Counted from the first letter of the stretch, positions 11,491 through 26,216 are shown. The stretch: 54,198 nucleotides of DNA from Octopus bimaculoides (GCF_001194135.2 NC_068982.1:165988734-166042931), one strand, 5' to 3'. Numbers and translations are program-made. Notes: generated from the letters alone by a model not told the origin.

Positions 11491-13378
11491 ATTATTAGGG
11501 TGATATAAATAACGGTAGAAGCGAGAGAGCATAGGGAAATAATGCTTTGCAGCATTCCTTCTAATTTTTCCAACTTCTGAATTCAGTTTCTTCTAAGGTC
11601 AATCTTTCTTTTAGGGTCGTCCTGCATTTCTAACATGTAGAATTACGTCTAACTGTTGCTACAAAACTGGTTATCGGCTGCATCCGCCCTAAAGATCAAC
11701 CTGCGCCTTCTGTTTTTCGAGAAGAAAGTAGTTTTATGTCTGGTTGCTATGGTGAAAGCGGTTGCATGGTGAACGACACCGAAATGATCTAGGAAGCTTT
11801 CCTCTTCGAGAAATCCCTCATCGGACTTCTTTCAATTCCATTGGGAAAGGAAGGTGAGGGTTGCGATGGATGTAAACTCGTTGAAAGTTATATGGATAGC
11901 CCGAGTGAATAATCAATTCTAAAGTGGTGCCTACAGGCTGAGGAGTACGAAAGCGAGAGGGGCACTTGCTATGGTACTCATGGAAAGTTAGGATACGCGG
12001 AGCTCCTTGATTGCCCGTGAGTAAAGTTTCAACGCTATTGGAGAATTTCTTTGTTAGATTTTTTGTTACTTATTATTATTGTTATTGTTTACAACATTCT
12101 TTGGAAATCTCTGCTGTCTTTCGTTTTCGTATTGTCTAAGTTGCTTATCGTGGCCCTATGACCAACAAAGAAGAAATCACTACCATTATCGTCGTCGTCA
12201 TCATCATCATCACTATCATTATATTCATCGTCGTCGTCGTTGTCATCTTCATCACCATCATCATCGTCAGGGCTATGGGTAGCAGAATCGAAATAATACC
12301 AGACAAAAACCTAACAACATTTAAATGCTTCTTTTGCAATTTTTAACGAATTCTTTTCTTTTCTTTTTTTCCTTTAATGGATTTCTACATATCTTCCATA
12401 AAATATTGATTTTATTTGAAACAAAATGAAAACAAGAGAACAAGATGAATATTTGTAGGAGAAACCGAAATTGTGCCAGCATATTACAAATTTTTCGACT
12501 TTTTTTTAATAATAACCAAATTCACCCAACCCACGCGAGCTCCTAAACACACAAGAATAAAAGACTTTTTCACCAAAGCTTAACTGTCTGACAGCTTGCA
12601 ATTGGATTTATGAATTATTATTTGACTCTTGGGTGGTTTTTGTTGCTATCCATAAAGTCATAAATATTATAGCAAAAGTAAAAGAGATATGCTGACAGAC
12701 GAATGATGATTTGGTGGAAAGAACCGTACAGTAGTAGAAGTAGGATGCATTGACTGAAACTATAGAGTATCGACCAAAATGCATTGCTAAGTACGCTGAG
12801 GTCACTTTTGCTTTTCCCACTTCAAGGGTCGATCGTTAAATTAGTACCAATCCAGGTAAAGTATCGTAGTCGATATAATCAACTATATCCTGTACCGAAA
12901 TTTGAATTCTGCCTACGTAAGACAATAGGGTTACAGAAGAGAGAAGGTGAAATACATGATTTTATTGCTATTTTGGGGCGCGTTAACGCGTTTATTGGTA
13001 ATATATATATATATATATANNNNNNNNNNNNNNNNNNNNNNNNNNNNNNNNNNNNNNNNNNNNNNNNNNNNNNNNNNNNNNNNNNNNNNNNNNNNNNNNN
13101 NNNNNNNNNNNNNNNNNNNNNNNNNNNNNNNNNNNNNNNNNNNNNNNNNNNNNNNNNNNNNNNNNNNNNNNNNNNNNNNNNNNNNNNNNNNNNNNNNNNN
13201 NNNNNNNNNNNNNNNNNNNNNNNNNNNNNNNNNNNNNNNNNNNNNNNNNNNNNNNNNNNNNNNNNNNNNNNNNNNNNNNNNNNNNNNNNNNNNNNNNNNN
13301 NNNNNNNNNNNNNNNNNNNNNNNNNNNNNNNNNNNNNNNNNNNNNNNNNNNNNNNNNNNNNNNNNNNNNNNNNNNNNN

Positions 13379-13409
<31 letters not shown>

Positions 13410-15718
13410 GTGAACGGATGCAAGCCCGTAGAAGTAAGTATTCTGTCAAGAAATACATTAAACTGCTTTAGGGCGGATTTAAACTCATGAGAGAAAGGTT
13501 CAATTCACATTGTAATCCATTTATAATTTTTCTCTTATATACATCTAATAACCTACATCTGCATTGTACTAACATAGACCGACCTCTATCAAGGACACTG
13601 TAATACCACTTCTATATAACAGACTTCACATGTTTAGTAATCTCACTGAAAAAATCGATGTGTCGAAGAATCAGTAATTATATTCCACCTTGGGATATAA
13701 TCGATAAATTAAACTAAAACTAATGAAGCAATCATAAATGAAATTAGAAAATGAAACAATGACACTCAAACTTAAGCAGACTTAACTCATGATTTCTTCC
13801 ACAGACAACGAGATATTTGCAGTAAAGTTGATGTATATAGTCCATTGAATCATCACCAGTATATTCTGATATATAATTGTTATACTTTTAAAGGATTAAA
13901 TGTAAGTAGTAAATAACAATTTTAGAGATTACATCCATTTAGCAGTAGATGATAATTTTTCTGCTTAATGTCTTAGACAGTGTCTTGTTAGGAAAATCGC
14001 TATCTTTGATGTCAGCTGCTTCTGCACACAAAACCTCATAGATCAGTATGCATCCTAATATCAAACATTATTCCTCATGGCCACATACATATTTCTGTTG
14101 CTGCTGAGAGAAAATTTATAAAGCTACGAATTCTTTTATATTAGATAAATCTAATATATCAGTTCCAACACATTTTCTTTCTGTTTTGTTTTTTGTCAAT
14201 GAACATAGTTCTTTTGTTCAGTATAAAGTTTCTACAGCAGTTATATATTGTTATCATATACTCTGAAGATTGGACAAGCAGTAATTGAAACACTATGTCT
14301 CCACGCGTCACAAAAAACGAATTTTCCCCTGGACGTTTTAACACTGAACTAAACATACGCTCATAAATCTGTTCTCTGCGTTTTCTTAAGCTTATAACAG
14401 TAACTGTTTCTATTATTATTATTATTACTAATGAAGTGAAGCGGCCTTTTTATTGAATCCACTATAAATATCCCTTTTAACCTATTTCTTTTCATTTGGA
14501 TTCTCCTCGGTGGATCTCCAAATGAAAGATCTATTTGAACTCACTTCTCGTGTTTTTAAATTGTTTTAAAATCCTAATGACATAGCAAGCATCCTTTGTT
14601 GATTCTTATAGTATATAGCTTGCTATTAAACTGATCAGATATTGTAACAACAAGAGATATACTGTTAACACAGTTACAAGATATACTAATGTGTGAAGAT
14701 GTCCTGAAATCGTAGTTTCACCTGTCAATTGAATATGTCTTTGCTAGATTCTCTCTCTGATGTGAGCATTCTTGTAACAGGTGCACCAGTGGATGTGGAG
14801 CTAGTACACAAATATAAATCATATATTAACTTTCTAAACTTATATTAACTCATCATGGTCACCTTTGACTCCGAAAGAAAAAAGAAAGGCTTAAATACTG
14901 AGTGTGAAAACTTGAAAGAATATTGACTACCGCAACCACCACCACGCAAAAAGAATAATTTAATATTCTAACCGAGAGAAGATTAGATAGAGTGAATGCG
15001 CTGGCAGCAAATGGACTAAAAGAAATATGCGTGATATATTCCATACAAGAAATTGTTTGTACTCACGTGATTACAAGTCTTTGATTGACAAGTTTACCGA
15101 AGAGACAGAAGAAAAAATATATTTACGATCCAATGTAGACTTGGAAGGCTTTAATGAAATGCTTCATTATTCAATCAGGACATCACAGTACAGAAACAAA
15201 ATATTCCGACTATTCATGTGTATATGCGCTTGCGCGAGTATGTGCTGTTTATAAGTAACAGAGGAAAAAAATACTCAGAGGAAGAAGTAACAGAGGAAAA
15301 ATGTAGAGTATATTTATATTTAATAAATACTGATGATTAATGTCGTTCTCTAATTGAAGTATTTGAGGTTTCTCGATCAGTCAGGCATACAGAGCTTTCT
15401 CCAATAGAAAAATATTCCAAGTTGGGAGCAAGGGACGCTGCCACGTCGTGCTATCTATTAAAGTCTCATACCGAACTAAGCTTTATGGATGAAATTGGAT
15501 TGATGGAAAACGTGCAGAATCCAATCGGATTAACGTTGCCTATAATTTAAGGGTCCCACTTTGTCACGAACTGTGTCACGATAATTCTGCCTAATGATTA
15601 CGTTAAGAATACACGTTTCTGTAAAATAATCAGGAGGAAGTTACACGCGCACTATCACAATGAAGAGGTGGTTCAAATAATCGAACACGCCGAAGCCCAT
15701 GAAGAAATAATCTATTTA

Positions 15719-15798
<80 letters not shown>

Positions 15799-15854
15799 CT
15801 GAAGCTTTGAGTAATATCGTGTGTATACAGTGCGTGTGTCTCTGCGGGTATGTG

Positions 15855-17074
15855 CAGGGGTTGGACAAAATAATGGAAACGCCTAGCATCGTAGCATCAT
15901 AATTTTGAAATATCTATAAAACCGTCAAAAGCTTGTTTATTTTTATTGTTTTGATTTATTATTCGTGTTGCTTAATACGTTTTGTTAAAATTGCTCTTTC
16001 TTTTCAGATATCATCAGAAAAAAAGTAATTAAAATTCATTAAGCTGACAAACCTATCGGACTTTCAAAGAGGTCAAATTGTTGGTGCTCGTATGGCAAGC
16101 GCTAGAGTAACGAAAACAGCCGAAATGTTTGGTGTATCATGAAGTACTGTCTCGAAAGTAATGACAGCCTTTGAGAAAGAGGGAAAAACCTCCTCGTCGA
16201 AACAAAACTCTGAGAGAAAACTAAAACTTTCAGGGACAGTCGGACTCTTACGCGAATTGTTAGAAAGGATCACAAAAGTACAGCTCCCAAAATTACTGCA
16301 GAGATTAATGATCACCTCGAGAACCCAGTTTCCATAAAAATTGTTCACCGGGAGCTCCACAAAGCCAGATTTCACGGAAGGGCTGCAATCAGAAAAATAC
16401 TACTTTCAAAAACAAACGTTTCAAAGCGTTTAGAGTGGAGTAAAAACCTACAGAATTGGTCCCTACAGCAGTGGAAGAATGTTACTTTCTTGGACGATTC
16501 ATCCTTTACCTTATTTCCGACCACCGGCCGACTATACGTGTGGAGACAGCCAAATGAAGCATTTGACCCAGACTGCCTTCTTCCGACTGTTAAACATGGA
16601 GGAGGATCTGTGACGATCTGGGGTGGGGGGCTATATCTTGGAAATCCACCGGCCCAATTGTTTCCCTTCAAGGTAGAATTAATAGTCAAGACTATTTAAG
16701 CATTTTATCTGATCAAATTTATCCTATGGTTGCAGAACTGTCTCCGGAGAGAAACGCAATCTTTCAGAGTAATAATGCACCAATTCACATAGTTAAAGTT
16801 GTTACTGAATGGCACGAGGAACATTATTGAACATTCATGGTGCATTTTAGAAAAACAAGTAAGGAGTCGATATCTTCCACCATCATCACTACAAGCACTG
16901 GAGACTGTTTTAGCTGAAAATTAACAAAAATTCCTTTGGAAACAATTCGAACTTTGTAAGAGTCCATACCTCACAGAATTCAAGCTGTAATTACTGCCAA
17001 AGGCGGTCTTACCCCATATAAAAATGAATTTGTTAAAAATTTTAAGGTGTTTCCATTATTTTGTCCAAACCCTG
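15855..17074 (+). mobile_element. Tc1-type (DD34E) DNA transposon, near full length, inactive
   Basis: 30-bp TIRs CAGGGGTTGGACAAAATAATGGAAACGCCT and reverse complement CAGGGTTTGGACAAAATAATGGAAACACCT (28/30), TA at the 3' side. Transposase remnants: SDFQRGQIVGARMASARVTKTA, HGRAAIRK, VTFLDDSSFTLFPTTGRLYVWRQPNEAFDPDCLLPTVKHGGGSVTIWG, NNAPIH, NIIE, AVITAKGGLTPY. Stops, frameshifts and loss of the WPxxSPDL segment. Confidence 0.93.
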
Positions 17075-17938
17075 TATGTGTATATGTCTAACTGGAGCTT
17101 TGAATAATATCATATGCGTGCTATGTGTGTTTGCGTGTATTTGTGTGTTCTATATGTATGGCACTGCATCCAGCATGATTATTGCTCTTGCTTCTGTTGT
17201 GGTTATTGTTGTTATTATTCTTGTTCGTTTAAAGTAATCTCGAGTGAATCGGCTGCTGTCTGATATAGAGACACTTCCTTCTCCCTCAATAGGTCACTGC
17301 TAAACAAATAGTTACGAACAGAATAGAACTGTGCTAATAGCCTAGCTGATGTGGTGAGACATCATAATTAGTGGTATGTGTACAACGTACTGTATAATTA
17401 ACAAACTCACCTAATTACTATAATTTTTTCATATCTCCTAACCGATTCATGACAACATAGACCACCTCTAATGATCTTCCTCTTGCGACTATTTTAATTA
17501 ATGATATTGTTTGCTATCAGCCAATACATGTATCACCACCAATATGTATCACTCATAGTGAGTGTAAACAAAGTACTTTAGAGAGAGCTAGATTGTGACT
17601 TAATCTTTAAATTGCTGAACTATCAAGCGAAGTGCTGACGGTTTATATATGGTCATCAATGTGACAATAGTCAAAAAACTTATCAATAAATCCACCAGCG
17701 TATTAAATTGTGCTGATAGCAGCAGAAGTGATTTTAAGTCAACGAGTGTTTTATTACTTTGCAATATTGAGTTTAATGAATTCAATTCCATATTGGAGAT
17801 GAACATGAACTATCTATTGGTGCCTAGCTTTTTATTGGTTTTCAGGTGCATCATACAATAATAGTAAGAAGACAAATGATAAAGTGGTAAATTATTTATT
17901 GTATGTTACATAAGTCAATGTCCTTGAAAATATCACTA

Positions 17939-18039
<101 letters not shown>

Positions 18040-18214
18040 TTATATCTCTTAAGTATGAAATCTATAAAATATTCAGTTATTTCAAAATTTCTGCAATATT
18101 GTTCGCATGAAATTGAAAATATATTCTTTTAGAAAGAACAGGAAGCGTGTGAGGATGGATATGTTAAACTTTTACATATAAAAAAGAGATGACAAGCGGT
18201 TTGGCGACTAAATT

Positions 18215-18370
18215 GATCTTTCGGTGTGGATGGTACTATGTTTCCTCGACCCTGAAAGAATGGATGACAAAGTTGATCTTGGTGGGATTCGAAACCAGAA
18301 TGTAAAGAGCCGCAAGTAACTATTGTGAGACATTTATCCGACGGTTTAACGATTCTGCCAGTACATCATC
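18215..18370 (-). mobile_element. SINE fragment, same family
   Basis: Reverse complement of the head (AACGATTCTGCCAG) and core (TCGACCCTGAAAGAATGGATGACAAAGTTGA). Confidence 0.65.
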
Positions 18371-18710
18371 CAGAAAAATATCAATAAGAAAATTTACTTC
18401 GACAACACACACGACCTACTGCAGTTTCCATATACCAAATGTCGTTTCCTAAGATACTGATTAGTCGGTCAAACTAAAGCTGTAAGAAAACACATTTGCC
18501 AAAGTGGCTGCGCAATGAGAGCTAACCTGGAACAACGTTGTCGTAATGCGATCTTTTTAACCACACCGTTAAGCAGAGATCCCTGGATTATTTCATAGTT
18601 ATATTCACTGTGTTGTGAAGGTGGAAAGATGGAATTATTACAACAATGATTTAAAAGATAAGTTGAAATGGAAACGTTGTTCATGTCCAAAATGGCTAAT
18701 GAAAATGTCT

Positions 18711-18815
<105 letters not shown>

Positions 18816-19399
18816 AGAATATACTTGTGGATATGCATAATAGGTTTGTTACGTAATAGGAGGATCAAATATAATTATGTGGTGCCCAAGCCTTTCTCAG
18901 TGGAATTAGCATCGTACATAACATGAAATTACATTACCTAGCGTCGAAACAAAATTGCTAACTCGGCTCTCGCAGTGTTACTCATTACGATACGCTCTTC
19001 GTAATATCCTACCCTAACAGAGATACGTTTTTTAAAATATCAGGTTAATCTTTCCGTAGTTAAACCGGTTGAAGTGAATAATTAGTAAGTCAAATTAGCA
19101 AACACTTATACATTTGTAACAGGTTGTTTGTAAAACAAATTACGGAAGACGTAATAACACTTGACCTATTTTCATAAAATGCAAAATACGGGAGACAATC
19201 GTCCATAAATATCTTCATTCCTTCTTACTATTTTAACAGGATAATTATCACTAAAAATATATACTGTTAAATGAAATTATTTCATTCTATTACAATAACA
19301 ATAGATATGGCTGAATTTCCACGCGATCCGGCATCGTCCCTCACTGGAAATACTTTTTAAATATTTCAGACAATTATTTCAAATGAAATTTTGGTGAAT

Positions 19400-19604
19400 G
19401 AGGCGGCGAGCTGGCAGAAACGCCGGGTGAAATGATTAGCGCTATTTCGTCTGTTTTTACGATCTGAGTTCAAATTCCGCCGAGGTCGACTTTGCCTTTC
19501 ATCCTTTCGGGGTGGATAAATTAAGTACCAGTTGCGTACTGGGGTCGTACTAATCGACTAGCCACCTCCCCAAAAATTTCGGGCCTTGTGCTTAGAGTAG
19601 AAAA
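19400..19604 (+). mobile_element. Well-preserved SINE with 15-bp target-site duplication
   Basis: GAGGCGGCGAGCTGGCAGAAAC...GGGCCTTGTGCTTAGAGTAGAAAA flanked by GAAATTTTGGTGAAT at 19385-19399 and 19605-19619. Confidence 0.9.
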
Positions 19605-19769
19605 GAAATTTTGGTGAATTAAAGTTTTGGATAATTTTTGTTTCAATTTAATTTACCAATAGTTGGAATATTGGTTATGGAACATGAGTTACGACTTGAA
19701 TATTCCAGTGCTACACATATCTCCATGGATTGGATTGGACATTACGAGTTATAAAACCATCAACATTAT

Positions 19770-20120
19770 TCTTAATGAAAATGGTAAGAGTATAGAAATC
19801 TTTATTTTTTTCGTCAACTAAATTCTGTCAAAAAAAGATTATCTTGCTATAGAGAAAGAATCTTGTGCGCTAGTAGAGGCTATGAAAAAAGTGGTTCCAC
19901 TTTCTCTTTGGCAGAGAATTTATCTTACTAAATCAACAAAATCTGTAACTTGCATCTTCGAAATAAAACTCGAAAGTTCGATTAAAAGTAAAAGTATCAC
20001 ACTAGCGATTAGAACTTTTCCTACTGATCCAGGAGATACCTTAGTAATAAGGGGTTACTAACAAAGTCTTACTTAACACTGAATCCCACGGTGTCTATCG
20101 TGGATGCATTATCGCATGGC
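19770..20120 (+). mobile_element. Ty3/Gypsy RNase H relic
   Basis: LNENGKSIEIFIFFVN*ILSKKDYLAIEKESCALVEAMKK followed by VDALSH, matching the Gypsy RNase H pattern (NY..IEKE.LA...A.KKF ... ADALSR). Heavily decayed. Confidence 0.5.
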
Positions 20121-22159
20121 GTAAGCTGTAACTTTTTTTTCTACAAAGTAACCCCTGAGAATTCCACATTTTATTCGGGTCGCGAACAACATGCGCCGAC
20201 CTCATAACAACCGGCTGGCAGACAGTTTTGAGACAATATGAATCTGAAGGCCGCATTTGTCAAATTTTTTAATCAATGTATTCATATTGATTTTAAGGAT
20301 GCGCTACCTTCCTTAAATAAAGATCCGTTGATTATCTATCCCTATTCCTGTTTTCAGTTTACCCTCCTTTATGCAACATCTCATCATCAGCTGTCTTTTC
20401 TTGCTTGACCATGTTATTTTATATTTTTGGTTTAGCAGAATATATACACTCTCCCAAACTGAAGTTTTTATTTGAATGATAGGAATGCCCCCCAAATAGC
20501 CACTTACCACTCTACCAGCGATGGGCCGCATGAGCATTAAGCTGGTATCGTCTCGAAAACTGTTTAACTCTGGAGTCTAAAATCTATCAAGCCCTGCATT
20601 TGATTCTCTTCACTCTAACGACTTACTTTCAGCAAAATCCTTTTTGTGAGCATTAGCTCAACACTTTGTGAATAACTTTTAGCCTACTTTATAGGAATGA
20701 GCGTGCCAAACTAGTTTTCCACGCCAGCAAATGTTATGTTGTGGATGCATATTCGTAATAAAGGCAACATTTGCATTCAAGAATTTGAACTTTTGGAATC
20801 AAATTCTCGCTATGCTCACATTCATTATCCCATTAGTGAATAATTTACTTTATCAGCCAGAGATTTAGCCCCGTTAGGGTATGCCCCAGATGTGATAGTG
20901 CTTCAACTGAACTTGTCGAGATCCATGAAATAATCTTTGACCTGTCTACCCTGGCGCCAATTACCGACACTGCAATCCAATAAAACTAATGAAACTTCAG
21001 CGAACTGTGTTACGCGTCGTTCTACTCTCGAAAGAAAGACATAATTATTCTTAAACTTTTTTGAAGTATTGTTCTACTGATTTATCCACTTGGTCGTCTG
21101 TATTGGTGTCTTGTGTTTAAGAGAGAAGGACAATGTGTTATTTTAATGTAATTATAACAATAGAAACGTTTGAACATTCTCGAGATTTTTCACTTGCTGC
21201 AGCTATAAAAACTTTGTAAACGACTACCTCTAACATGCCTCTCAACAGAATTCATAACTTTTAATGAACTAAAGCCTGCTCTTAAATTGGCTTGTCTCTT
21301 GGGTTATTCTGATTTCATTTATGTAGTTTGCTTTTAGTTTCTTGCTTCAAATGTTTTCTAAATACTTTCCTGGAATACTGTTTTCTAAATATTGAACATT
21401 TACTTTAACAACAAGCAGTACACCAATTTACTTTTTAAAATGTTAACATTGTTTATCTGTATTAGTTATAACTACATTCTCGAAGAGAGCTACAAATGGC
21501 CATTTCGTTAAGATTACAACATCATTGCTGAAAGAACAAGTTATCAACACACTAAAAATATTAGCACACAAACACGATGTTCCTTCTGTCTTTCTTTTCT
21601 ACTATTACGGCATGTCTATAGTCACTGGAATAATGAAAGGCACGACCATATTAGATAGAATTTCAACGTATTATTTTAAAGAACAAAATAAATAGCTAAA
21701 AGAAATGTCAATACGAGAACATTTCTTTACGCATGTTCTGGTTTAAATGCCACCCTACCGTATTACAGACAAAAGGCACTAGTTGTTTTAAAAATATTGG
21801 ATGGTCACAGTTGGAAAGCCAGTCAAAGCTAACAAGGAGTCTAAGCAAGAAATAAAAGGATTCATAAATAAACATATAGACTCGTATCAAAATATGTTTT
21901 GTTTTAGTATCGGTGTGAAATTGGATACCCACGAGAAATGTTTCGGAAAGTTGTATTTAGGATCTATTCGAATTCATTTACCTCTTCTGTCTCATGAGAT
22001 ATTTTAAAAAATTATACAATAACGTTGATAAAAAATAAATGAATTATGTTGAACCTGAGTAAAAAGGCAGCAACAAAACATGACACAGTTAACTATAGCT
22101 ACAAAATACAAATAAATCGGTATGAATTCATGTAGTAAAGTATTTACGAAAATATTGCT

Positions 22160-22354
22160 TTCAGATTTGGCACAAGGCCTGGATTTTCAAGGGATTATTT
22201 TAATAAGTGGATTACATCAATTCTAGTGTTCAACTGGTATTTATTTCATCGACCCTGAAAGCATGAAATGCAAAGACGATCTCAGCGGAATTTGAATTCA
22301 GAACGTGAAGACGAACGAAATGCCGCTAAGCTTTTTGCCCAGCCTCACTGCCTT
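22160..22354 (-). mobile_element. SINE, same family, with TSD
   Basis: Reverse-complement core; AGTATTTACGAAA repeated at 22139-22151 and 22355-22367. Confidence 0.75.
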
Positions 22355-22399
22355 AGTATTTACGAAACTATTATTAACGTTAAAAGTATGATAATTTAA

Positions 22400-23533
22400 C
22401 CATACCGTATACCCCTCATACCTTAATTACCAGTGTATTACTCTCTTCAAAACAATTAAAAAGTTTATATTTCTTTCAGCTACACCTTGGCAGATAAAAT
22501 GGTAACTCAAAAAATGAAAAGACATACACTACATTGCTCCCATATATGCGGAACACAGTGGTTTAGAAATTGCCAAAATACTGAATGTTGCAAAATCTTT
22601 TGTACACAAAATTTGGATCCTCTGGCAGAAATGTTTTTGTTGTATCAAAGACACAAGAATTAAACATTCCAAACGTTCGGACATGAGAAGAATAGTCAAA
22701 TAACTTCAGGTGTTGGAATGAACTATCCGAACTGTGGTGCACAGAAACGTTCGATACAAATCGAATGTACTGAGGAAAGGTCAATTCATGCCCGCAAAGA
22801 CACAGGAAAACCGTTTGTTCAGTGTCGAGCGGTTTCTTAACAAGATTAAAAACTCCCACGAATATAGCATGCTTTGGTTCATGTGTTATGAGAAAAATTT
22901 CGACCAAGTCCAAAACTATAACATGAGAAATAACAGATGGTTATGAGCAGATCCTCAGAGTGACACGCACTAAGTTTCCAGGAACTGTAATGGTTTTAAG
23001 AGTGTTGAGTAACGAAGGTCATATCATGCCACCTTACATCTTTCCATGGCGTCTTAGAATTGATATTGTTGGATACCTTGGGGAACTGGAAACAGTTGTT
23101 AAGTCTTAAATTGTTGAAGTATGCGTCGGAGGTTCATAGTACTTCAACAATACTCGGTACCTTCTCACAAAGCTCACTTAACTCAAGAATTGATGCCTGG
23201 CAATCTTTACGTTCATTTAACGCCAAACGTATGGCCTCCAAGCTCGCTAAATTTAAACCCTATGTTCTACTATGTTTGAAGGATTGTTGTTGAAATACCA
23301 TCTATTCAGTGAAAGCTGCTGTTGTCCAGGCAATGTCTGAAATGAGTAAGAACCATTTAGTGCAGGCATGTTGACGATTCTGTCTAGCATTAAAACAGTT
23401 ACAAAGCTAAAGGTGGATTCATATAATTATCCTATAAGAAAGCTTTATCGAGAACAAATTTTAATTAAAATACATTTAGTTTTTGCTAGAGGAGAGGTCT
23501 TCAAATATGTCCTGAAATACCTCTCGAACCCTA
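22400..23533 (+). mobile_element. Decayed mariner-like (DD37D/maT-type) transposon
   Basis: From ATG at 22514: MKRH...GLEIAKILNVAKSFVHKIW; EKNFDQVQNYNMRNNRWL; TKFPGTVMVLRVLSNEGHIMPP; PNVWPPSSLNLNP. Many stops and frameshifts; termini uncertain. Confidence 0.8.
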
Positions 23534-23717
23534 TACTATCCGTCACATGTTAAAGCGCAAAGAGTGTTTGTAAAATATGTCTGAAAATGAACAGAGCATT
23601 TCAAGTATGAAATTCAGAATGTTTACCGTGGTGAATAAAAGTTCCCTGGATAAGTTCACTGTCCTTCAGAGAAAATATAATTAAAATTACCATTAGGAAT
23701 GTAGCAACATGCAATAA

Positions 23718-23766
<49 letters not shown>

Positions 23767-24168
23767 NNNNNNNNNNNNNNNNNNNNNNNNNNNNNNNNNN
23801 NNNNNNNNGTGTGTGTGATCTTATTTTTCTTTCTGCAAGAATCAGACGATCAGTGCTACTACCGCGAAGCGTCTTGTTTTAATCCCTACCCGAAAACTTT
23901 TTTTTTTATTCTGTTGAGCACGTTCAGACCCTGGACGAACACTCCAAAGATACACAGTCAGATTAGCTGATAATAACCACAAGGTAAGCCATGTGACATG
24001 CTTCTTCTGAAAAGTGACAAGGTTACGTGACAAAGGAAATTCCTATTGACGCCAACATAAAGGCTTGTGATATTTTGGCTACTGTGAATCATGTATATGT
24101 ATCTTAGTAAGATACTAGTGACGCAGCAGCATTTATGTGTGTACGCTTGCATGTGTCGAGGTAAAGTG

Positions 24169-24199
<31 letters not shown>

Positions 24200-26181
24200 C
24201 TAAGTGTGCATGGGAAGTAGAAAAAGTGAGAAATGTAGAATAAGATTTAGTAAACGGAGCAGACAGGGTAAGGAATATGCTATGTTGAATCTTTTTCCAG
24301 TAGAGAATTCAAGTTATACAACAACTTGTACATAATGAGTACGCCCGAGTGTATGTCAGTCATCCTGGTATAGTTTTAACCAAAGGTATAGAAAAAGAAC
24401 GACTAGTATGAGGAGGAAGTAGTGATGTTAAACCGAACAGACGAAATTTCGCATGCAATGTTGTTTTAACTGCGGATGCAGATTTAGGAGTAGAGGAAAA
24501 GAAGTGAAATGGTGAGATAGAACTAATCTGGTGACATGTTGCTTCAGATGTCTGATCGATCTCCAAATAGGCCTGCTTCAGTATGTTTTTGTTGATACAA
24601 TCTTTTCTCATATACATCAGTATTGAAGTAATTAGTTGTTCGAAGCACTTTAAATAGAATAGAATATGACAGCTGACGTGAGCCTTTATTTACATTGTTT
24701 TAGATAATGATGTGTGTCAATCATTGAATGACAGTCAACAAATGAGAAGTGGTTTTTCTATGAAGGAGAACTTATAAGTGTTAAACAAGGTATGCCAGTT
24801 CTAATTCAATGTACATACTGTCAAGTGGATGCCAAGATAGAAGTTAACTGCTAGCAAGAGAAAGTGAAGTGCAATCAGAATAACATCTGGTGCATATTCG
24901 TTATGTAAACCAATGAAACAAAGAAAGACTCCCTAGTGTCGAGGAAATGGCTTTCAAGTGAAAAAGAGAGAAATGATCTTCACGTGCCTTTATCGAAAAA
25001 TTAGCTCCACCAACTACAAATGTCTCATTGATCACAACACATATGAGAAGAGTGAACCAAAATAACGGCAAAAGAAATGGTGTCGCTACAAAGTAAAAGT
25101 AAAGTAGCGAAAGATTACATATTGAAATGTAGATAAAAATTATACCAGACAGATTCTTAGAGGTTAACGGCTTCATAATAAATATTAAAGAATATACGTA
25201 TATAAATATTTCTTTGATGTATTTCGATGAAATAGATAAATATAGACAAGAAAACAAAGGTTGCTCATGATATTTCTTCTGACGGAGTTGAGCAGACGAT
25301 TCATTGTCACTCTCGCCATTGTAAATGTACTGACCCAATGATTAGCCTTTGGAAACCTGGAATCAATGACGCTATTGCTCACATTGGGATATATAAAAAT
25401 AATAGAATGTGGGTTATGAATAAATTAGTATACAGAATCTTATCCATATTCATTTATCTCGCTGTGAAATTATTGCCTAAGAATGCTTTTATATTTTTGT
25501 TTTTATTTTAATTTGTATATTTAATTATTTATTTGCAGCGTGTATATATACTCATGGATTAAACTCGTAGTATATTAGTATCAAGAACTCATAGTCTATA
25601 TTTTCTATCGACTTGCTGTGCTATTTCATCTCTTATATTTTCTTTTTCTCAACGTCAGAACTAGAGGGACTAAACTAAATATATCACTTCAAGGCATTTC
25701 ATTCAGCAAACCATCGTTTCTATAACAGCTTTGCCTTCGTCTGGACAAATTATATTGATCGAACACTTCATTATTTCTTTGAAAATTCCCACTTCGTAGA
25801 TAAGGTTTAGCAAATATATTAAAGTATTGAAAGTAGTCTATTGTTGAGTCATGTGAGCAAACAACCGCCACCAGACGAAATATCTTCCGGCCTAAATTGA
25901 TTACGCGACAAAGATCATATTTATTGTCTTTTTATATTGTTTTGCTATATTTCGTCTCTATCTATTCATGTACTTAAGAGTAGTGGTTGCAGATGATAAA
26001 GCAATATCAGTGTGGTTAGAGGGGAATTTGTGTTTTTAGCAGTATTTTAGCGACGTGGTAACGGTGCTATTTGTGGTGACGGTCGTAAAGGTGTGGGAAG
26101 TGCTTAGTACCAGGCACATAAGCAGTTCGATTCATTTGACTATAACTACTCTATAAACATTCGTCGACTTGAAAAACGAGT

Positions 26182-26216
<35 letters not shown>

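Noticed and set aside
11540-12030. GC-richer stretch that may be a LINE relic
   Set aside because: No RT or endonuclease motif could be read with confidence.
12617-12825. Minus-strand frame SNAFWSILYSFSQ resembling an ionotropic receptor pore loop
   Set aside because: No following QQG or SYTANL motifs and no convincing splice sites; likely chance.
12784-13471. Long ORFs containing X runs (also 33578-34332, 35503-36364, 40563-41147, 51165-51709, 52182-52670)
   Set aside because: They only span N gaps in the assembly.
14030-14346. Minus-strand exon candidates SVLKRPGENSFFVTRGDIVFQLLLVQSS and FINFLSAATEI
   Set aside because: Weak acceptors, and the chain hits a stop at the next junction; could not be linked to any gene.
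15380-15700. Promoter-like cluster of CCAAT boxes and CpGs
   Set aside because: Short motifs with no adjacent supported first exon; cannot be established from sequence alone.
20300-21050. Possible LTR retrotransposon fragment with a TGGCGCC PBS-like motif on the minus strand
   Set aside because: No LTR pair or readable gag/pol motif.
24690-25500. Protein-like stretches (KWFFYEGELISVKQG..., VAHDISSDGVEQTIHCHSRHCKC) and ORF 24901-25338
   Set aside because: Interrupted by stops, no recognisable motif and no consistent exon phases.
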